NCBI RefSeq assembly: GCF_001194135.2
Contig: NC_068981.1
Coordinates: forward strand, 52,732,467-52,796,466
From: Octopus bimaculoides
Taxonomy: Eukaryota
Length of the DNA stretch: 64,000 bases
Reading direction: 5' to 3'
A model generated the notes under the pieces. It saw only the letters and a list, made by a program, of their open reading frames with translations. It made no database searches and was not told the DNA's origin. The translations under genes were made by a program, and so were the position numbers. Below, in pieces: positions 39,801 through 49,800 of this stretch; positions within the stretch are counted from its first letter, which is position 1; every line of letters begins with the position of its first letter.

Positions 39801-42800
39801 TAAGTGTTTAGAGAAAGAGCCCACATAAAAATGGTTGAAAAAAATTAACTATAAATACAAACCTTTTCATAGATGCATTTATACACTCTTCTTTCAAAGA
39901 TACTCTTCCAACATACTCAGATATTAGTTGACCTTCTTTCAAGTTTTCAGTTGCCTGCAACCCCTGAAAATAAAGTGATGATCAAAATGTGTAAAAAGAA
40001 CTAATTTTATCATAGTTACAATAAATCTGTGTATGTACACAAGTGTTTGTGTGTATACACATAAGCATTCTTTCAATGGATAAATGTAGCATGGCAAGGC
40101 ATGAAGCCATTCCTATTATCAATAAAAACTAATTTTAGATTTAAATGCATTTACATTTCAACATGTACTTATATAGATCTAGCTAAATTTGTGTAATTAA
40201 TGCTGGGAAGCAATGAATAATTGTCCTGAAAAGAGAACTTAAATGAGAAAAATAATTGCTGACGGTCACAAAGTAACTTATGATTGCACTTTATTTTATA
40301 AAACCCCATATTGTTGGTTCATATATTTAGTTACCTTAGAAATTGTTTATATTAACCATGTGACAAATTTTTAAATCATTCCCACTCGAAAAATAATATA
40401 CAACTTTTACTAATAGCCCAATACAAGAGAGAGGAAGAAAAGTACAGACTTACTTTTTTATTTTTTTGTAGACAAGCAAGTTCACAGAGCTGAACCAGCA
40501 GCTCTTCTCGCTTTATATGTTTCTCTGGACTCTGCAATAAATAACAAAGAATTCTGAAACTATGTAGTTGCAAAAAATAAACAAGGATCACATACCAAAA
40601 GAATTGAAACTATTTAATTTTATTAGCATTTCCACTTTAAATTTAAAAGGTAGAGTACTAAAATCAGAACCAACCAGCTTCAGATGAAATTCATAATTGA
40701 ACATTTGTATTCACTTGGAGATTTTAATAAACAGAAATTACGAAATGAATTACAATGTGGTTAAATTGTGAAGGGCGCAGGGGTGGCTGCGTGGTAAGTA
40801 GCTTGCTTATGAATCACATGGTTCCGGGTTCAGTCCCACTGCGTGGAACCTTGGGCAAGTGTCTTCTACTATAGCCTCAGGCCGACCAAAGCCTTGTGAG
40901 TGGATTTGGTAGATGGAAACTGAAAGAAGCCCGTTGTATATATGTATATGTATATATTATGTGTGTTTGTGTTTGTCCCCCTAGCATCGCTTGACAACCA
41001 ATGCTGGTGTGTTTACGTCCCCATAACTTAGTGGTTCGGCAAAAGAAACCGACAGAATAAGTACTAAGCTTAAAGAGAATAAGTCCTGAGGTCGATTTGC
41101 TTGACTAAAGGCAGTGATCCAGCATGGCCACAGTCAAATGACTGAAACAAGTAAAAGAGTAAAGAGAGAGTACTAATTTCCTTGACAGGTCTGCCTATTT
41201 TTATTGCTATATCTCAGACATAACAACTAAGAGTACTTACCATTTGACCATTTACTTTAACTTTAGATAATGCTTCAAGCACAGCAATACTTAAAATATT
41301 CCCATGCAATTTCTCAGTACCCTTTTCATGCTCTTTTTCATGTTCTTGGACCATTGATCTAAAAAGATATGTATTAATATCCATATGAAAAAAAGTTCTA
41401 TTTTGGCAAATGTAAACATTTCTCAAAAGAGGGAGAAATAAATTTAATTATAAAAAAAAAGGAAATCCAAGAATAATCATGCGACTTACTTTGCTGATAT
41501 GTTCCATGGTCCTCTAGTATCACCATTGTCAACAGTAGATGAAATTTGAACCTTTCTTGCAGCCTAAGAAAATAAAAATTAAGAACTTTAATAATTTAGC
41601 AGCGGAGAAAGATGGTGTGCAAATTTTATTTTAAATGCAATTATTGAGTTAAAATACTTACCTTTGTTCGAGGTGTTTTTTTCGCAGTGTCCTTTGGCAT
41701 CTACATAGAAAATGAAAATTTTAATGAATACATTGAAAGCTTTTAACAAATATAATAAAAAACCTCCAGAAGTAATGAAGCTCAGAAAGAAAACTTTACA
41801 ACATGTACAGAAGGCTAGCATTTCATTGAGGTATTCTTGCTAACAATTATGCGTTTGTTTCTCAAAAATTTGTGTCTTTCAAAGTGTGTTGTACTAATTT
41901 CCTCCAGCCTGTTCTTTGTCTATGCTATACTGTGAAGAAAATGTCATACCTCTGATAAAGGAGTCTTTTAAATCTATGACCGATCATAATATCTAGTAGG
42001 AAATTTGATTATTTCATGTTTTATCCCAATCATATTTAATTAAGCATTTCACGTCATAATTATCATCCACATAACAGTTCTTGGAGTAAGTAGAAAAGAA
42101 GTAACTTGAACTTTAGGATAGTGTTTTTTTTTATCAATTTTTTTTTACCCTGTCAAAATAGTATCTATCAGACCATTATATTTATTTCATTTAGAGAGAA
42201 AATCCATTTGTTAGTTATTGAGATCTCAAGCCTTTCTATATCAACATATGCTTTGGCCTAATAATATATTTTATTGAAAATATAACTGCTCAAATTAGGA
42301 TCCAAAGTTACCTTTTGCTTTTTATTGACTGTTGGCTCTTTATCTTTATTTTCTTTTTTATTCTCTTTGGCTGCTTTCATTCTTTTTTTCTTGACAGGCT
42401 TCTGTTTTGTTCTTTTGGTCTTTTTATTCTTCTCTACAAGAGCCATCATTCGGTTATTTACCTCCTCTGGGTCGGTATCAGTTGCACTGGTATCTGGTAA
42501 AAATAAAATAAAGAGATTTGATATTACTGAGGAATGTCTTTTCTAGGCAAAAATACATGTTTCCAGATATTTATACCACTGATGTTTGTATGAAATTAGT
42601 TGCATGATTGTATTAAAGATTTTAAAATTGCATAAAAAAAGAAACGCTATTGAAAGAACACACTGATTTTATCAATGGCCCCCAAATTTCGAAGAAACTG
42701 ATAACATTTCCTTTAAGGTTCTTAATGCAATTAAAAGTACTTTTAGTATTCAATTACGAAAAGCTTTACTGTGCATAACAAAAAATTTTTTTTACAAAGT

Positions 42801-43811
42801 TGTAAAAAATTGAAGTATATACATTTACAAAGTATGCATTAACAACATTACTTCTTAGAAAATTGACAAAATAATTACATGTTAGAAGCATGAATGTAAA
42901 TTTCATTGCAATTTATGATTCTAAAATGACTGCAATATTTATATATTTATCAATTTTATAAAAAGAATTAAAAGTATTAGCAAAAATAATAAAAGCATAT
43001 TTTAATGTGATAAAATACATAAAAAGTTTTTTTTAACAGGCCCTTTATACTTCACATCTCAAAGACATTGAAATTTATCTGAAAAATTGTTTCATATTTT
43101 AAAAATATGGTATGATTATTTTTTTAGTTTCTAAGTATTCCCAGGTTTTTTGCTGAATTAAAAAATTATTCAATTTTCAATCATAAGGAGATGGTTTGCT
43201 TATGTTTAGTGCAACTTTCATTTACATTTGTTGACTTAAGCTAGCATATGTATATCATTTTGTTTGACTGGAAATGGAGAGAGATTCCAAAGTAAGGACA
43301 CCTTAATTTCACAGAACATTAAACTTATAGATCTTGAAATAAAAATATCTGTCTAATATTTAATCAACAAAGATTTCAAATCTAAATGAATAAGAAAAAA
43401 GCTTTTGTTGTATTAATATAAAATAATTAGTATTTTGGTTTTCAAAAAATAAAAATATATGCTGGAAAATTATTGGTATGAGGAGTATTCTATAAGGATA
43501 TTTAAGTTGTAGTAAGGGATGTCAGGTCTTAATCTTACCAGTATGTTCTCCGGTAACCCTGTTCTTTCCCTTAACAGCCTCATACCTGATGTCTGAATAA
43601 GAGCCTGAAACAGTTAAAAGAGAATTTTAGAATTGGATTACATAGCTTAAGCAATTTTTTAATCCATCCCCAGTAAGATTATCACTGATGTTGAGCATTA
43701 GTGAAATGTTGTAATTTATGAAAAACTAATAAAACATAATTTTTTTTTTAAATTCTAAAAACAAAAAATTACTGCAATTTCTTCAATCTGAATTTTCATT
43801 TGATGCTAATG

Positions 43812-43849
<38 letters not shown>

Positions 43850-46800
43850 TAATATTTTAAATTCCATACAATAATAATAATTATTAAACACTGCAAGTAA
43901 CAATAAAATTAATAGTAATTAAAGAATAGCCACAAACAAAAATTCCACAAATTAGAGACTTTTCTTATGAAAGGGAACATTCCTAAGATAAAATTTCAAA
44001 AGATGATGTGTACATTTTTCAAATTGAATATATATCACATATTTCAAATAAAAATTATGAAAAAAAAAAAGAAAGCAAAAGCTGATTGCTGAAACAAATA
44101 TTCTTAAATGCCCAAAAACAAAGGCAATCAAAAATGGTTTTTTGCTTTAAGTATAAGAGATATTAAATTATTTCCCTGGGATGCTTAAATAATGTCACAT
44201 AACTGGCATAAAACACATGTTTGTTGAGATAGGCAAATTTGCCCCAGGTGAGATATTCTTTTCCAATATCTACTTACATAAATTCTAAATGATACAACTG
44301 AATTACCATACAGATCATATCTTCGGAATTTATATTCAAAACTGTTAAAAATTAATTTCAGATGCCTGGGCCTATAAACCTTTTCTAGATAATTTGCAAG
44401 TGAGAACATGTATGACAAGTAAATTAATTTTAGGTTAGTTCTTTTCTCACGGGAAACTCAGTGCATAATTGAAACGACGTCGTTTACCTATTTTGAACGG
44501 ATTTTACTGTAGAAAAAGCTTTTGAAATCTCTCCAATTATGAAAAAGTAATTTTTTATTTTATTTTATTACTCTATTCATTTGTTCATAATACACATATA
44601 TACTGTGCACCACTAGTTATAGGTTGGCAATGGAATGCTGGAAAAAGTATATCTTGTATAATACTTTTCTTTAGTACTAAGATGTAAGGAAAAAAGAGTT
44701 TAGTCATCATTTTTTTTTATAGAAAATCAATTTGATTTTGATAATGACACCGAAAAAAGTATGTTTATGCTCAATTTTATTACAGGTTTACACAGAGAGA
44801 ACACATGTAAAAGTGGATTTTTAAAACTAACTTTTTTATGCTTTTAAAAAAGAATCTTTTATGATTTTTGTAACATACAGGATGTGGCTTTATTTTTTAA
44901 TTATGTAATATAAACCATTTAATGAAGGTGCATAGCCCAGTGGTTAGGGTGTTGCACTTATGCTTGCAAGATCATGGTTTTGATTCCCAGACTGGCAATG
45001 CCTTGTGTTCATGACCAAGACACTTCATTTCATGTTGCTCCAGTCCATTCAGCTGTAAATGGGCAACTCTATGATGAACTGGAGTTCTGTTCAGGAGGAA
45101 TGTTGGCCTGCCTACCTAGCCAGTGGGGAGGCATTGTTCAAAAACTATAAAAATGTGAGGAACTGCACTGTGATTAGTGGTGTATAATATCTGATAGTCT
45201 GGTCAATTCAATATCATTTACTATAATGCTAAATTTGTTCACTAAAATATAAATTGTATATATATTATATATACTCAGTTGTGGTGTGCAAGAGAGACGA
45301 TTGCGCTGGTATGGACATGTGGTGAGAATGGATGAGGATAGCTGCCTGAAAAAGTGCCACACCCTAATAGTTGAGGGAACCCGTGGAAGAGGTAGGCCCA
45401 GGAAGACCTGGGCTGAGGTGGTGAGGCAAGACCTTCGTACATTGGACCTCACCGAGGCGATGACTACNNNNNNNNNNNNNNNNNNNNNNNNNNNNNNNNN
45501 NNNNNNNNNNNNNNNNNNNNNNNNNNNNNNNNNNNNNNNNNNNNNNNNNNNNNNNNNNNNNNNNNNNNNNNNNNNNNNNNNNNNNNNNNNNNNNNNNNNN
45601 NNNNNNNNNNNNNNNNNNNNNNNNNNNNNNNNNNNNNNNNNNNNNNNNNNNNNNNNNNNNNNNNNNNNNNNNNNNNNNNNNNNNNNNNNNNNNNNNNNNN
45701 NNNNNNNNNNNNNNNNNNNNNNNNNNNNNNNNNNNNNNNNNNNNNNNNNNNNNNNNNNNNNNNNNNNNNNNNNNNNNNNNNNNNNNNNNNNNNNNNNNNN
45801 NNNNNNNNNNNNNNNNNNNNNNNNNNNNNNNNNNNNNNNNNNNNNNNNNNNNNNNNNNNNNNNNNNCGCCTGACTGGCCTTCGTGCAGGTGACACGTTAA
45901 AGCACCTACTACACTTTCTGAGTGGTTGGCGTTAGGAAGGGCATCCAGCTGTAGAAACTCTGCCAAATTTAGATTGGAGCCTGGTGTTGCCATTCGGTTT
46001 CACCAGTCCTCAGTCAAATCGTCCAACCCATGCTAGCATGGAAAGCGGACGTTAAACGATGATGATGATGATGATGATGATACTGATAGTGAAAATGAAG
46101 TATGTAGTAGTGAATAGTCAGAAACTAAGCACATTTCACTCTTTAATTGGTTCTGTTTTACATTTCTGAACCATTTCAATGCGTTAGTAAAATAGTAAAC
46201 ACCTTTGAGATGATCTCTAACATGGGCACAATAATGAAATATATTGAATGCTTAAAGTATTATCACTATTACAGAAAAATCTAACATTATTAAAGTAACT
46301 CTTCATTATACAGCTTGGGCAATAGGTGTAACTTCTGCCATGTTGAATGTCATACACATGGAACAGAGGAAAAAAAGGTATATTATACATAATTAAATAT
46401 AGTAACTAGGTCTGGAAGATGGAGCAGAGGCCATGGCTTTTACAGGACCTCTGAGTGCAAGTTGACAACTGCAGGAAAGTCAAATACAATGGAGAAATTC
46501 CAGACAGTTGATGTCTTGGGAAGAACTAAGTGTAGTGGGTGGTGTTGGGCCTGTGAGGTGGACACAACATGGATGATGAGAACAAGGTAATTTAAAAGGA
46601 AACAAATTTCAGAACATTTATGTAAAACAGACAAGCAGACATTAAACTAGGCCTGGAAGTTTAAATCTGACTTCTGAGATGTCCAAAATATTATGCTTCA
46701 AGACAAAACCTAAAGAGATGCAATAAAATAAAGAAAATTTAAGACATTACAAGATAAAGCTATATTAGCTGCTATCACTATTGAAACTTTCCAATATTTT

Positions 46801-49800
46801 TATGAATACATTTTTTTTTTAATAACAAACATTCTTAGATGATCAAAGCAGTGTGGCTGTCTTGATTACAAATGAAGAGAAAGGCTAATTATAGAGTCAA
46901 TACTATACTTTGTATTTTAAAACAAACTTTATAACTGACACATACACACTTCAAATGCTAGCCTCTTTTGTAAAATTAGAAATTTACAAAATGTTAAAAT
47001 ACCTAGAAATGTAAAATAAAGAACAATTAATAATTTGAGTAACATTTTTATGATTTGAAACTTAAATATGAATAGTAATTAACCTTAAGCAGTGCATTTG
47101 GTGTTCTTCATAACAATAGAATTACTGTAACAGATACTGATTTAATAACAAGATTTTAATTTTAGTTTTCTTTCAACTTGAATAATTCTGAAAAGCTATT
47201 AGCAACAGGAAAAAAAAGAAAACTTTTCCAATTTGGTACACCATATTGGAAACCAGAAATATTTTTCTGAAGTAAAACAGTATAAATAAATATGAATGCT
47301 GTAAATAAACCTTCCACTTAATTATTAGAAAATTCTTGTAAGCAGTTAATCTATTTCTTACAAAAAGATGAAATTACAAATAAAGAAAATACTGATTGAA
47401 GTCATGCATTTCATTAAAACAAAATGTGCAGTAAACTTTCATATTTTTTAAAACTTACAATCTTTTCATCAACTTTTCACAAAACTTGCTTACTAACCAT
47501 TAAGAGTTAATTAGAGATATTACTTACAGTAATGAATGCAAAGACTATAGATTATCTTCCTTAGCTTAGTTAAATCTGGCTTACTTTTTCAAAACATCAT
47601 ACAATTAAACCCAGTTGTAACTAGGCTTAATGAAATGCTCGGCAAAATGTAGCATATTCAAGATAACTTTAAATAGGTTTCAGCTAACAGTGCCTCAGAC
47701 AATAACTAACTTAGCACCCAATAAATTATTTGTAGAAATGGCTCATCACATTTATTGTATTTATCTTGTTTATTATGTTACAAATAAACAGTCACATATT
47801 TAAGAAAATGTTTTGTTTTTCAAATCAGGAAAAAACTCAAACACTTCCAATATACACCAATTCATTTTGAAGTCATTAAAAAAATTTGGCACTAGGTATT
47901 AGGTTAGGTTATATCTAAAAATGAAATGTATTGCACCCTAAAATAGATTCTATGCAACATATTATATATTAAGAAAAGTATGATTAAATATCTTCATTTC
48001 TGCAACATGTGCTCAAGAATGCCATTTCAAATCACAGAAGCAAATATAGTTAACAATTGTTATCATCATTATTTATCTGTGTGTCTTTGTTGGTCCCCAC
48101 CACTGCTTGACAGTTATGACCCAGTAACTTAGTAGATTAGCAAAAGAGACTGGTAAAATAAATACCAAGCATTATATTAAAAAAAAAGTAAAAATAGGTA
48201 CTGAGGTTGATTTGCTTGACTAATATTATTCAAGATGGTGCATATGCATGGCTTCAGTCTAATGACTTAAATGAGTAAAAGATTTTTACCAAAAGAGTCT
48301 AAAAACTCTGAAAATCCTTTTGGAGAACTTAGGTCCTTTTATAAAACACTGGGGACTAGAGGGACTGTTACAATCTATCAGGAAAAGACTCAAACACTTC
48401 CAATATACACCAATTCATTTTGAAGTCATTAAAAAAATTTGGCACTAGCTAGTAAGGTTAGAGTAAACTTTAACCATGAAAAATATAAAATACATATGTA
48501 AAATGCTGTATCCTCACTCACAAATTCTGCCTACCTCCTCCTTTGCCCTCCTTTAGCCAAACTCTAGCATGGTGCATTTCAATGACTGAAGCCAATAGTG
48601 AAGTATGCATATACATTTATGCATATGCATAGAATTTCTTTGATATACTCTTTTCAAATTTTTCTCTCGAGTTCTCTGATGTCTGAGACTAACTTTAAAC
48701 ATTTTTATCCATAAAGAATATAACTAAGAGAAATGATTATAATTATATAAAATAATGAATAAAAAAAATTAAACTGAAATTTTTGTTAATAAAACCATAA
48801 CAATCTGAAGGCAACTGAAAACTATACTATTACAGAAAATACATAAATCATAGATGAAGATTGTATAAGAAATATATTACCTGTTAATTCTTCCAATTTT
48901 CTTGTTTGAATAAGACGAGCTTTCTCAACATCAACTTGCCTAGGCTCACATTTCTCACAGAAGTAAGAGTCAGGGATGTTATTCCTGACTCCCATACAGT
49001 CAATATGTTGCCAAACACTAAAAATATAAAAAATATAACTCGCAAAATATTTGAAGAATAAAAATTAAACTATCAAGACAAAACAAATAAAAAAATAAAT
49101 ATTAATATAAAACACTAATGACTTATTTATATGATTACATTAAATTACATTTGTTTTAGCAACTATATATTCTTGAAGAGAAAATAAAAACAAAACCCAC
49201 CTGCATTTATCACAGCATATCATATACCCATCATCATGCTGAAGTTCACATATACACCTTGTTATACTATCTTCAGTATCAACATCCTTTTCTTTAACAG
49301 CAGGCACAGAGGACACATCAATTTCCAAATGGCCATTAATCTTGGATGATGGTGGTGGTTGTGTTGGCAGAGGAGGAGGTGATTGGGGTGGTGTGGGAGG
49401 TGGTGGGGCAACATAGTTATGGTCCTAGATAAATAGATAAAATTATCAATTCATATTCGGAAGGCTAAAAAATAGGAATAAATAGAATATGCACAAATGA
49501 GGAAATTACATTAAAAGCAGTGGCAATGTAAACTTTCATGAACGATGACTGTGCTAAAGAGGACATACATAGAGTTTAAAAAAAAAAAAACCTATTACAT
49601 AGCAGTGACCCTTTATATTAACCCTTTAGCATTCAAACTGGTCATATCCGGCCTAAATATTCTACCTGTTTTATGTTAAAACCAGTCAGATGCAACCTCT
49701 CACATCTGCCCTACATGTCCTAAAAATAAGCAATCACATCATGAAAACCTCAAAGCTGCATGATTAATTTAAAACAATGTGAATAAGCATTAAATTTGAC

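Noticed and set aside
43586-43615. Third hammerhead-like motif (ctgatgt...gcctGAAACAGTT)
   Set aside because: The CUGAUGA core is incomplete and there is no pairable stem II.
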